A stretch of 64,000 nt of DNA from an uncultured bacterium (GCA_913009335.1 CAJVXN010000004.1:2349-66348); one strand, 5' to 3'. Counted from the first letter of the stretch, positions 1-8,423 are shown. Numbers and translations are program-made. Notes: generated from the letters alone by a model not told the origin.

Positions 1-614
1 AAATTATCAATAACTTCAACTAAGTCGGATTGAAAACCTTTATCCTTGCCATAAGCCCCTAAACATATACCACATAAAACTACTTCTTTAAACCCAGCTC
101 CAGCAAGACTTCTTGCTTCAGCAATAATCTTTGATAAGTCTCTACTGCGCGACCTTCCTCTAACATAAGGAACCTTACAATAACTACAGAAGTTATCGCA
201 ACCATCTTGAATTTTTAAAAATGCACGGGTGCGCTTACTGAAATTATCAATACCTTCAGGAAAAAACTTCTTAGGTATTATGATATCTACACCATTTATT
301 GCCGCAACAGAAGCTATATCTTTCTGAACCAAACATCCCGTAACTATAATTTTGGCACGGGGGTTTTCCCTATTTATGCTTTTAATAAGCTGGCGGCTTT
401 TACGGTCAGCAATAGAAGTAACAGTGCATGTATTAACCACGCAAACATCCGCAGGCATACCATTATAAAGCTCGGTAAAACCCTTTTGGATAAAGCGATG
501 CCTAATACTCTGAGTATCATATTGATTAACTTTACAACCTAAAGTATAAAATTTAATGGTTCGACTTCGCTCACCATTAATCCTGAGCTGAGTCGAAGGG
601 TTAACTGTTTTCAT
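1..614 (-). CDS. mtaB: tRNA t6A37 methylthiotransferase MtaB (MiaB-like radical SAM); 5' part only, runs off the window edge
   Basis: Manual translation from the ATG at 614: MKTV...KFYTLGCKVNQYDTQ...VVNTCTVTSIADRKSRQ...VTGC...RAFLKIQDGCDNFCSYCKVPYVRGRSRSR. This is the MTTase N-terminal domain plus the CxxxCxxC motif, next to rsmE. Confidence 0.9.
   Translation of the reverse strand, partial: MKTVNPSTQLRINGERSRTIKFYTLGCKVNQYDTQSIRHRFIQKGFTELYNGMPADVCVVNTCTVTSIADRKSRQLIKSINRENPRAKIIVTGCLVQKDIASVAAINGVDIIIPKKFFPEGIDNFSKRTRAFLKIQDGCDNFCSYCKVPYVRGRSRSRDLSKIIAEARSLAGAGFKEVVLCGICLGAYGKDKGFQSDLVEVIDN
553..604. repeat. REP-like double-hairpin element (family A) inserted in frame in mtaB, with TTAA duplication
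   Basis: TTAA-TGGTTCGACTTCGCTCACCA-TTAA-TCCTGAGCTGAGTCGAAGGG-TTAA. Removing 48 bp restores MKTVKFYTLGC. Confidence 0.8.
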
Positions 615-641
615 TGCATTTTGTATAAATTAACAATTATT

Positions 642-1373
642 TTAGTGTCTGGCACCTAAAATAAATAAACCGCAAGTTATAATTGCAGCAGTATCAACTC
701 TAAGTATATTTTCCCCTAAAGATACCGGTGTACAACCATTTTTAATTGCTAAGTCTATTTCTTCCTGGGTAAAATCCCCTTCCGGCCCGATAAAAATTAA
801 TACACGCTTAAATTTAGTATCCACGATTAAATCCCTAATGTGTATCTTCTGAAGGGAAATATTTGGTATTATAGCCAAATCGCAATCTTCTACATGCTTA
901 ATCGCCTGTCTAAAAGTCAAAACATTGGAGATCCTCAATACATTCGTTCTCCCACATTGCTTTGCACTAGACTTGGCAATTTTGCGCCAGCGAAGCAGAC
1001 GTGACGCTTCCCTGCCTCTTAGATCCACTATAGTCCTTTGTGTCTTTAGTGGAATAAAATTGGTAACACCTAACTCTGTAGCCTTTTCAATAATGTATTC
1101 TATTTTTGCTTTCTTGGGAATAGCACAAGCAAGAATCACTTCTATCCCCGGGTTAGAAACTCTCGATTTAGCATGTTTTATTTTTATGGAAAGGGCCTGC
1201 GGAGTTATCTCGAATATTACCCCCTCATAATCAATATTATTATCACTAAATACACTGATTTTATCCCCTATTTTCAAACGTAAGACATTTTTTATATGGT
1301 GAATTTCGGACTTTTCCTTTATGAAAATCGAATCCTGTTTTATATTTTCCTGCTTGCAATAAAATCTTCTCAT
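642..1373 (-). CDS. rsmE: 16S rRNA m3U1498 methyltransferase
   Basis: HHIKNVLRL, EKATELGV, AKQCGR, IGPEGDF and LGENILRVDTA motifs. Confidence 0.95.
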   Translation of the reverse strand: MRRFYCKQENIKQDSIFIKEKSEIHHIKNVLRLKIGDKISVFSDNNIDYEGVIFEITPQALSIKIKHAKSRVSNPGIEVILACAIPKKAKIEYIIEKATELGVTNFIPLKTQRTIVDLRGREASRLLRWRKIAKSSAKQCGRTNVLRISNVLTFRQAIKHVEDCDLAIIPNISLQKIHIRDLIVDTKFKRVLIFIGPEGDFTQEEIDLAIKNGCTPVSLGENILRVDTAAIITCGLFILGARH

Positions 1374-2902
1374 CTTTTTATACTTTTCTCATTAAAGACT
1401 TCAGCCGTAAAGGTGTATAATTCAGTATCTTTATCCTTCCAGGCATCTGCCGATAACCCTGCTTTATGCGCACAAAGATTAGAAAGAAATTCCTCACGTG
1501 ACCATCCTGTCTCGTCTGCCACCTGCGGCAAAAACACCCCCGAGGCATACCCGCTCTTTACTATTACACCATGCTTGCCCATAACAATATTTTCTGGATT
1601 AACCTCACGTTGAGGTTTTGATAATACGGATATTTCAATTTCAATATCTTCTAATTCATCCAAAGTTACGGGCTTAAAACGCGGATCGTTAGCTGCCGAT
1701 GCTATGCTCATATCGCGCACTGTCCGGTATAAAGGAATACTCGCAATAATATTACCAATACAACCCCGAAGCTTCCCGGTTTTATGTAAAGTAACAAACG
1801 CTCCTTTCTCCTCCAAAAGATCTTTATCTTCTTCAGAAAAATTCTTTATTTCCCCGCTCTTTAAATACTCTTCAATAGTATGACGGGCAATCTCAAGCAA
1901 TCTTTTTCTTTGCATATTAGTAAGCATATCATCATTCCTTTCCTGCTTCTCAACTTCTATATCGTCATCAATCTTCTCTTCTTTACTCTTAAAAAACACA
2001 GCACTGACATACCCCACAACTCTTGTCTTATCTCCGGATATATCACCTGAATTTGCGTATTTCAATACATCCAGCCTATCGGCCCCTAATTTTTGACTGG
2101 CCATTATTACGCTGGCAACACTCGATATACCGCAAAGAATACCCCCTTCGGATAAATCGCCCTCTTTAAAAAGTAACTCCGCCGATATTTTTTTAAGTAA
2201 GCCTAAAGTATGTTTATCTTTCTTAACCGCCTCATCATAAGACAAATAATGCGACATATCAGAACTAGCAATCAATAAAAACTTATCTTTTTCTTTCAAT
2301 ACATTAAAAATAGCCTCGGCTAGTATTTTTGATGTCTCAAATTTTTGATCTCCAATAGCAATAGGCACAATTGAAACATTCGGAAGTACTTTCTTTAAAA
2401 AAGGTATTTGCATTTCCACAGAATTTTCATTAATAAAAGCTGGAGGATAAAATTTAATCTTTGGATGTTCTCTTATTAATTCCCGCACTAATTCTTTATT
2501 GACATTGAGCAACCCCAAAGGAGTATCAAATGCATCTGCATCATAGACGGATACACCGTCAAAATGTATTTTATGGCTAAAGCCTACAATTAAAACAGTA
2601 TCGATATCCAAATTTTGAATCTGCTTAAAACCATATGCAGCTATTGACCCGGAATAGACAAAACCTGCGTGAGGCTGAATAAAAGCAATGATATCACCCT
2701 CTATCTTTTGATTGGGAACAAAAGATAAAAATCTTTCCAGCATTTGGGATAATTTTTTGCTTGAAGAAGGATACCAACTACCCGATAAATCTGACTGTTT
2801 TATTTCTTTAGCGTATACTAAAGTTATTAATCCAGAATTAGAAATAGCTAAAAATAAAATAAAAAACAATAAAACTAACTTTTTAATTTTACTTACCTGC
2901 AT
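1370..2902 (-). CDS. AmmeMemoRadiSam system protein B (MEMO1-like) fused to protein A (AMMECR1-like), with a predicted signal peptide
   Basis: MEMO motifs GSWYP, PHAGFVYSG, ENSVEMQIPFL, ASSDMSHY, CG and VVGYVS; AMMECR1 motifs GAFVTL..GKLRGCIG, DPRF and GVFLPQVA; basic-then-hydrophobic N-terminus. Confidence 0.88.
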   Translation of the reverse strand: MQVSKIKKLVLLFFILFLAISNSGLITLVYAKEIKQSDLSGSWYPSSSKKLSQMLERFLSFVPNQKIEGDIIAFIQPHAGFVYSGSIAAYGFKQIQNLDIDTVLIVGFSHKIHFDGVSVYDADAFDTPLGLLNVNKELVRELIREHPKIKFYPPAFINENSVEMQIPFLKKVLPNVSIVPIAIGDQKFETSKILAEAIFNVLKEKDKFLLIASSDMSHYLSYDEAVKKDKHTLGLLKKISAELLFKEGDLSEGGILCGISSVASVIMASQKLGADRLDVLKYANSGDISGDKTRVVGYVSAVFFKSKEEKIDDDIEVEKQERNDDMLTNMQRKRLLEIARHTIEEYLKSGEIKNFSEEDKDLLEEKGAFVTLHKTGKLRGCIGNIIASIPLYRTVRDMSIASAANDPRFKPVTLDELEDIEIEISVLSKPQREVNPENIVMGKHGVIVKSGYASGVFLPQVADETGWSREEFLSNLCAHKAGLSADAWKDKDTELYTFTAEVFNEKSIKR

Positions 2903-2975
2903 TTTGATTGCCGGAAATAACCGGATGTTCTTGGTTAAAATAACCTACCATAAATTGTTTTATATAATCTGCCTA

Positions 2976-3001
2976 TGGTGGAGCTAGGGGGATTCGAACC
3001 C
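2976..3001 (-). repeat. 26-bp duplicate of the tRNA-Ala 3' end (att-like direct repeat)
   Basis: TGGTGGAGCTAGGGGGATTCGAACCC is identical at 2976-3001 and 3190-3215. Confidence 0.92.
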
Positions 3002-3008
3002 GCCAACC

Positions 3009-3128
3009 CGTCGCTCGATACATCTCGCTCCCCATATGGGCTTTGCCCCTCTGGCATTCGGTCGAAATTCCGACCTCACTCTCACCCCTAAACCGTGGGA
3101 AAATTCTTTTCCCACACCCTTTTGGGGT
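3009..3128. repeat. Multi-hairpin intergenic element, family B copy 1
   Basis: Shares the CGTCG / CCATA-hairpin-TGG / T(C/G)T(C/T)ACCCC / terminal-hairpin layout with 42712-42856 and 48865-49000. Confidence 0.65.
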
Positions 3129-3189
3129 CGGATGTTTTATGCGTTACCAAACAACCTTAGCCTTTCAATTCTACCCTACTCACCAAATT

Positions 3190-3265
3190 TGGTGGAGCTA
3201 GGGGGATTCGAACCCCCGACCCCCTCGTTGCGAACGAGGTGCGCTCCCAACTGCGCTACAGCCCC
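3190..3265 (-). tRNA. tRNA-Ala (anticodon CGC)
   Basis: GGGGCTGTAGCGCAGTTGGGAGCGCACCTCGTTCGCAACGAGGGGGTCGGGGGTTCGAATCCCCCTAGCTCCACCA: 76-nt cloverleaf, G3:U70 pair, encoded CCA. Confidence 0.96.
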
Positions 3266-3373
3266 ATTTATTATAACTGATTTATTTTTAATGGGTTAAA
3301 ACAACTGAGCCTTCCTCTGATTCAGCAATAACTAACTCAACAATCTAACTTATAACTATCTAATAATATAATT

Positions 3374-4243
3374 TTAATTTTGCAATACCGGAAAGCCCTT
3401 ATTAAATTTTCCTATTGGACTCACCCAATAAGTTTTATAGGGGTATCCTGTAGGCCTCCAAGAGCAATTATTCTTACAAAAGCAATCTCTACATTCTTTA
3501 AGCTTCGCTCGCTTATCTTCTCCGGCATCTGGCTCCCATATAAATATCTTCTTATGTAACTCCGGTAAAAGACATAATGGTGTCTTCTCAATATAAACAC
3601 TCATCTTTTTTTTCCTAGAGTATCTAACAGCGCTCTCCAGGCAGGGTTTAACTTTTTCTAAATCAGGTATTAATGCCTTGTTTTTTAAAAGATTACCAGA
3701 AATAGAAAGATTGGAGAATTTTATCATCCTCACCCCAATACTTCTTAATAAAACCACTATTTCCTTTAGATGTTTATAGTTTAATTTAGTTACGACTATG
3801 TTTACCCTGACAGCTATCTTGTTACGCACTATATTACGTAGTCCCATTATAGTCTGGTCAAAGCTACCTTCTGAGTTTGTTATGTAATCATGAATTTTTG
3901 CTGTGTTTCCATAAAGTGAAACCCTTATACTTTCTACGCCAAGTCTGGCTATTTTCTTTACATAGTCATCATAAAAAAACATTCTCCCATTCGTTGCTAT
4001 TGTTGCCGAAAAACCCCGCTCTCTAGTAAATTCAAGTGCTTTCATAAAAAATGGGTGAAGCGTCGGTTCCCCTCCAAAAAAATCAATAGTTGTGCCCTTT
4101 TTCTGTAATTTTATCTTATTCAACATTAAAGATAAAGGCATATGGCTGCTTTTTTTTATCTCCTGGGAAACCATGCATATCTTGCAATTATTATTACACG
4201 CTCCCATCAATCGTAATATATAGTACCTGTTTTTATAAGGCAT
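3374..4243 (-). CDS. Radical SAM protein with a C-terminal Cys cluster (HxsC-like/SPASM-twitch type)
   Basis: CNNNCKIC, GGEPTLH, TNGRMF and C-terminal CRDCFCKNNC. Start placed at the ATG at 4243 to avoid overlapping the pilin gene. Confidence 0.85.
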   Translation of the reverse strand: MPYKNRYYILRLMGACNNNCKICMVSQEIKKSSHMPLSLMLNKIKLQKKGTTIDFFGGEPTLHPFFMKALEFTRERGFSATIATNGRMFFYDDYVKKIARLGVESIRVSLYGNTAKIHDYITNSEGSFDQTIMGLRNIVRNKIAVRVNIVVTKLNYKHLKEIVVLLRSIGVRMIKFSNLSISGNLLKNKALIPDLEKVKPCLESAVRYSRKKKMSVYIEKTPLCLLPELHKKIFIWEPDAGEDKRAKLKECRDCFCKNNCSWRPTGYPYKTYWVSPIGKFNKGFPVLQN

Positions 4244-4292
4244 TGCTGATAATATTATAGACACTAATACGTTAACTATTTTTGCCTGCTTA

Positions 4293-4703
4293 TTAATACG
4301 GTAATGTCCAAGTACCAAAGGCTGTCATGCCATTTTCATCCATAATTAAATCTTCACCTGTGTATGCCCCATTCATCCTTGTCGCCGTGATTTCAAACGC
4401 ACTCTCATCATTAGCAGTAGTATCATAATCCCAATCAACATCAGCATCAACCCCGCCTAACTCAACATAACCACCAAGCCCAGCGGGGCTGGCAGCATCC
4501 CAACCACCCATACTTATATCGTGATATTCACTATTATCAGCCCGATACAAATGCTGCGCCCGGCGAATTAAAGTCATATTTGAGATTGCTTTACCTGCCT
4601 TTGCACGCTCAACACTGTTTAGATACTGCGGAATTGCAATACCTGCCAAAACACCAATAATGATAACTACCATAATTAGTTCAAGTAATGTAAAACCTCT
4701 CAT
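4293..4703 (-). CDS. Type IV pilin, paralogue of 6617-7027; the SD-proximal ATG is followed by an in-frame TAA
   Basis: G|FTLLELIMVVIIIGVLAGIAIP prepilin motif; C-terminal GTWTLPY shared with the paralogue. Confidence 0.85.
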   Translation of the reverse strand: MRGFTLLELIMVVIIIGVLAGIAIPQYLNSVERAKAGKAISNMTLIRRAQHLYRADNSEYHDISMGGWDAASPAGLGGYVELGGVDADVDWDYDTTANDESAFEITATRMNGAYTGEDLIMDENGMTAFGTWTLPY

Positions 4704-4773
4704 GGATTACATAATTTTCCACCTCCGGTTCGCGGTTTTTACTTATGAATTAATACTACATGCAATCTAAGCA

Positions 4774-4802
4774 AATTTACCATAATATAGGATAAATTAC
4801 AA
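4774..4802 (-). promoter_or_regulatory. Putative sigma70 promoter for the second pilin copy
   Basis: TTGTAA-17 nt-TAAATT with a TG extension. Confidence 0.45.
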
Positions 4803-4867
4803 GCAGGAAAAATCAATAATGGCGTCGATTAATAGATTTTCATTTATGGGGATATTAATGAAACTAT

Positions 4868-5509
4868 CTATCGTGCGGATTGGGAAATGGCATGTGCACT
4901 TGTAGTAAGGGTTAATTCAGGATTAGTAGGAGTTATGGAGTCCCCGGGAATAAAACGGGCAGTAATACTAACCTCTGCCCCGCGAGATAGGTCCGCGTCA
5001 AAAGCACTATTAATTGAAGCTAAAGTAAAAGCCTCCACTCTAGTTGAGATTATTTCATTAGCCGCGGTAGTAGCTGGAAAACCTCCCCCAGAACCATAAG
5101 GTAAATAATAAAGAATATTATTATTACCATCTAAACGATAAGCTATCCAATTATCATCCCCATAGTCATTAGCAGTGCCAATATTAGGAACACCGTTAGC
5201 ATCTATATCTAATCTAATGGCAATACGGCTATTGCCTGGTTCTATATCAAGCCCGGAATCACCTCTATCTCCCGTTGCCATATTTATACTTTTTTTTATC
5301 TGTAAAAGAATAGGGCTAATCTCATTTTGTAATTCTGCCTGGCGTTCAGCAACATTCATAAGCTTTCGGGAGGCAATATCAATATTCGCCGAAGTTAAAA
5401 ATATAAGACTTAATAGTGTTATAGCCACCATCAACTCTACAAGAGTAATACCAATTTTCCTACGCAACGAATAACCAATTATGGACATTATCTTCTTTAT
5501 TTTTACCAT
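4868..5509 (-). CDS. Minor pilin/pseudopilin (PilW-like)
   Basis: G|ITLVELMVAITLL prepilin motif. Confidence 0.8.
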   Translation of the reverse strand: MVKIKKIMSIIGYSLRRKIGITLVELMVAITLLSLIFLTSANIDIASRKLMNVAERQAELQNEISPILLQIKKSINMATGDRGDSGLDIEPGNSRIAIRLDIDANGVPNIGTANDYGDDNWIAYRLDGNNNILYYLPYGSGGGFPATTAANEIISTRVEAFTLASINSAFDADLSRGAEVSITARFIPGDSITPTNPELTLTTSAHAISQSAR

Positions 5510-5549
5510 TGTATTGCCTGTCTAAATTAAAACTAAATTTATCCGTCTC

Positions 5550-6053
5550 TTAATTCGGCTCTGTCCATTGAACCTGCATAAATACCCGGCGCGCGGGAAA
5601 AGCAGCACCAGCAGCAGCCGGAACAGGATTACCCGGAGACGAATCATCTTCAACCCAATAACGATATGACTGAGCAATAGCACCAACCGACGGGCCCGCA
5701 ATCCACCCGCCAGGATTCCATGTTCCCCCTGTTGTTCCTAAATTAGCATTGTCGTTAGCTTCAGTCCAGGTATCCTCTCTAACAAATTCTCTTCGGCGTT
5801 CAATCTGATCCTGAGCAAGATTTACCGCGGCCAACCTCCTATTTGCCCTTTGTACAAATCGATTACTCGATATAAAAATGCTAAATAACCCCCCGATAGT
5901 AAGTGACATGATTACCGCAGCAATTACTACCTCGGTTAATGTAAACCCTTTTAGAGCGCTACACCTAAAGCTTGTAATATAAAATCGCCCTGCCTTAACA
6001 CGATACCTGCCAGAAACAAAATATTTAAACAACCATCTGTATTTTTTAGTCAT
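5550..6053 (-). CDS. Minor pilin/pseudopilin (PilV-like)
   Basis: G|FTLTEVVIAAVIM prepilin motif; C-terminal VFMQVQW strand typical of PilV/GspI. Confidence 0.8.
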   Translation of the reverse strand: MTKKYRWLFKYFVSGRYRVKAGRFYITSFRCSALKGFTLTEVVIAAVIMSLTIGGLFSIFISSNRFVQRANRRLAAVNLAQDQIERRREFVREDTWTEANDNANLGTTGGTWNPGGWIAGPSVGAIAQSYRYWVEDDSSPGNPVPAAAGAAFPARRVFMQVQWTEPN

Positions 6054-6099
6054 AATTTCTTATCGCCACATAGGTTATGAAGAATACCTCTTATGGGTA

Positions 6100-6498
6100 T
6101 TATGGACAGCTGGCATTGGGGGTTGGGTCAGCAATCGCATCGCTTACCGTATACACACAAGCATCAAACGCCCCTGCCTGCCTACCGGCGACAGCAGTAA
6201 AACTATTAGCCGCAGAAGCTGTAATATTATAATCCCAATTATTCTCTGAAAGGTTTAGACGCAGATTGGTATTAATATCAGCTACATTTCCCTCACCGCC
6301 CGCGCCTGGATAAAAATTACCAAATTCACTCTGATAAACCATCTGGGCAGCACGTAATAGCCTTAAACCCACAACAGCTTCCCTGGTATATGTACGCTCT
6401 TGCGACCTTAAATAACTAGGCATAGCAATACCTACTAATACACCAAGAATTATTACAACAATAACCATCTCAATTAAATGGAACCCGCGTGAATACAT
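6100..6498 (-). CDS. Type IV pilin-like protein (PilE-like)
   Basis: G|FHLIEMVIVVIILGVLVGIAMPSY; C-terminal Cys pair. Confidence 0.85.
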   Translation of the reverse strand: MYSRGFHLIEMVIVVIILGVLVGIAMPSYLRSQERTYTREAVVGLRLLRAAQMVYQSEFGNFYPGAGGEGNVADINTNLRLNLSENNWDYNITASAANSFTAVAGRQAGAFDACVYTVSDAIADPTPNASCP

Positions 6499-6523
6499 GC
6501 TTTTAAACCCATCCCTTTTTTAG

Positions 6524-6566
6524 AATACCCCGCATAAATCCTTTTCGAATTACACGGGGTATTTTT
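6524..6566 (-). terminator. Hairpin downstream of the major pilin (terminator or mRNA stabiliser)
   Basis: AATACCCCG...CGGGGTATT inverted repeat; weak U tract on the minus strand. Confidence 0.55.
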
Positions 6567-6616
6567 AAAAACTATTTCATCTAACAATACTAACATAGAC
6601 GTCTCAACCATCTATT

Positions 6617-7027
6617 TTAATACGGAAGCGTCCAGGTACCAAGCCCTGTAATACCATCCTGATCAATAATTAAGTCATCGCCTCCATATGGACCAGCGGT
6701 TCTCGTCGCCGTAACCTCAAGTGTATCTTCATTATTATCAGTAGTATCATAATCCCAATCAAGATCATTATCAACCCCAGTTAACTCAACATACATCCCA
6801 AGCACAGCCTGCCAACCACTAGAGCTATCCGCAGCGCTATATTCATCGCTATCGGCGCGATAGAGATGCTGTGCTTGACGGATCAGCCCTAAATTTGAAA
6901 GGGCTTTTCCTGCTTTTGCACGCTCAACAGCATTTATATACTGAGGAATTGCCAAGCCGGCCAAAACGCCGATAATGATAACTACCATAATCAACTCAAG
7001 TAACGTAAAACCACCTTTTGTTTTCAT
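6617..7027 (-). CDS. Probable major type IV pilin
   Basis: MKTKGG|FTLLELIMVV; strong SD (AAGGAGGG), own promoter and downstream hairpin. Confidence 0.88.
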   Translation of the reverse strand: MKTKGGFTLLELIMVVIIIGVLAGLAIPQYINAVERAKAGKALSNLGLIRQAQHLYRADSDEYSAADSSSGWQAVLGMYVELTGVDNDLDWDYDTTDNNEDTLEVTATRTAGPYGGDDLIIDQDGITGLGTWTLPY

Positions 7028-7142
7028 TTCACCCTCCTTTTAAACTCACCCACGTATATTTCAATTTTAAGAACTCTATTATACTCTCTTATTTTTGTAG
7101 GCCTATTATCGTTTTTTTGCGCCCATCACCCCCTCTCATTAA

Positions 7143-7170
7143 AGTGTAACACATTATTACTATAAGTCAA
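7143..7170 (-). promoter_or_regulatory. Putative sigma70 promoter for the major pilin
   Basis: TTGACT-16 nt-TACACT with a TG extension. Confidence 0.55.
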
Positions 7171-7178
7171 CCGGCCTT

Positions 7179-8423
7179 TTAAAGCCCTCCTCCTGATGAT
7201 GCGGACGCAATCTTAAAAATCGGCAAGAATAGCGCGATAAGCATAACCCCAACTACACCCCCCATAAACACAAGCATTATAGGCTCGAAAATAGTGGTGA
7301 AACGATCAATAAAAGTTTCTAAATAGGTGGCGTAAAAATCTGCCACCCTTCTAAGCATTTTAGATAATTCACCTACCTCTTCACCAATCGAAACCATCTG
7401 AACCACCATCGGTTCAAAAAAGCCACTTTCATCCATCAAATCTGCCAGAGCCTTTCCCTCCCGTACATTTATTTTAATGCTTTTAACTACTTCCTCCAAT
7501 ACTACATTACCTACGCTGCGCTCTGTAATCTCTAGCGCATAAAGGATAGGTACGCCCCCTTCTATCAAAGTAGCCATTTCTGATGTAAATCGCTCAACAG
7601 CAAGAACTTTAAAGAAGTTTCCGAACACCGGAAGGCTTAATTTAAACTTATCAAAAATACGTCTACCGTGCGTAGTTTTAATAAACTGCTTAAAAATAAA
7701 AAAGATACCTCCAAAAATAAACAGAGATGGAACAAACAATTTCTTAACATTAGCACTAAACCCAATAAGAATTTGTGTTATAAGCGGCAATTCTATGTTA
7801 AATCCTGAAAATAAACCAGTAAATGTTGGTACGATCTTTAACACAAAGAAAAAAATTGCCCCTAAAGCAACAATAAACAAAATTGCCGGATACATGAGAC
7901 CAGATATAATCCTGCGCCTAAAATCCGCCTGCATCTCCAGATATTGCGCCAATCTATCTAAAACAAGAGCTAAATTTCCGCTAGCTTCCCCTGACTCGAT
8001 TAAATTAATCCATAAGTCTGAGAAAACCTTTGGATACTTGGCTAAAGCATCTTTTAAGGTTAACCCTGTTTCAACATCAGCTTTAGTATCTGCAACGATT
8101 TTGTACAACTTGGCAGAATCTACCTGTTTTAAAATTGCATCAAGGCTTTTATGAATAGTGATTCCTGAATCAAGAAGAATAGCTAACTGCCTGGCAAAAA
8201 AAACTAGATCGTAAAGTTTTATCTTGCTATGCCCAAATTTTCGCCGCCGCCGCTGCCTTACGCTAGTTTTTACAGCAACTCCTTTATCTACAGGGGTAAC
8301 CTTTGTAACAATGAGACCTTTATCTTGTAGGCGAGATACTAAATTATCTTCCGAAGGAACTTCCACAACTCCCGTTTCGCGTTTACCTTCTCTTGTTCTC
8401 GCAACATATTCAAATTTAGGCAT
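7179..8423 (-). CDS. pilC: Type IV pilus/T2SS platform protein PilC/GspF
   Basis: Two T2SSF domains (FARQLAILLDSG, GEASGNL, GEEVGEL, EPIML); start at MPKFEY. Confidence 0.93.
   Translation of the reverse strand: MPKFEYVARTREGKRETGVVEVPSEDNLVSRLQDKGLIVTKVTPVDKGVAVKTSVRQRRRRKFGHSKIKLYDLVFFARQLAILLDSGITIHKSLDAILKQVDSAKLYKIVADTKADVETGLTLKDALAKYPKVFSDLWINLIESGEASGNLALVLDRLAQYLEMQADFRRRIISGLMYPAILFIVALGAIFFFVLKIVPTFTGLFSGFNIELPLITQILIGFSANVKKLFVPSLFIFGGIFFIFKQFIKTTHGRRIFDKFKLSLPVFGNFFKVLAVERFTSEMATLIEGGVPILYALEITERSVGNVVLEEVVKSIKINVREGKALADLMDESGFFEPMVVQMVSIGEEVGELSKMLRRVADFYATYLETFIDRFTTIFEPIMLVFMGGVVGVMLIALFLPIFKIASASSGGGL

Noticed and set aside
3036-3299. 87-aa plus-strand ORF
   Set aside because: It is antisense to tRNA-Ala and the repeat element; VELGGFEPPTP is the typical translation of a reverse-complemented tRNA.
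3374-4243. Radical SAM gene as the AmmeMemoRadiSam enzyme
   Set aside because: It lacks the N-terminal Cys-rich region and the DPIEKKP-type motif expected for that family.
4293-7027. Pilin pair as the template/variable repeats of a diversity-generating retroelement
   Set aside because: Differences are not restricted to adenines, include indels, and no reverse transcriptase gene is present.
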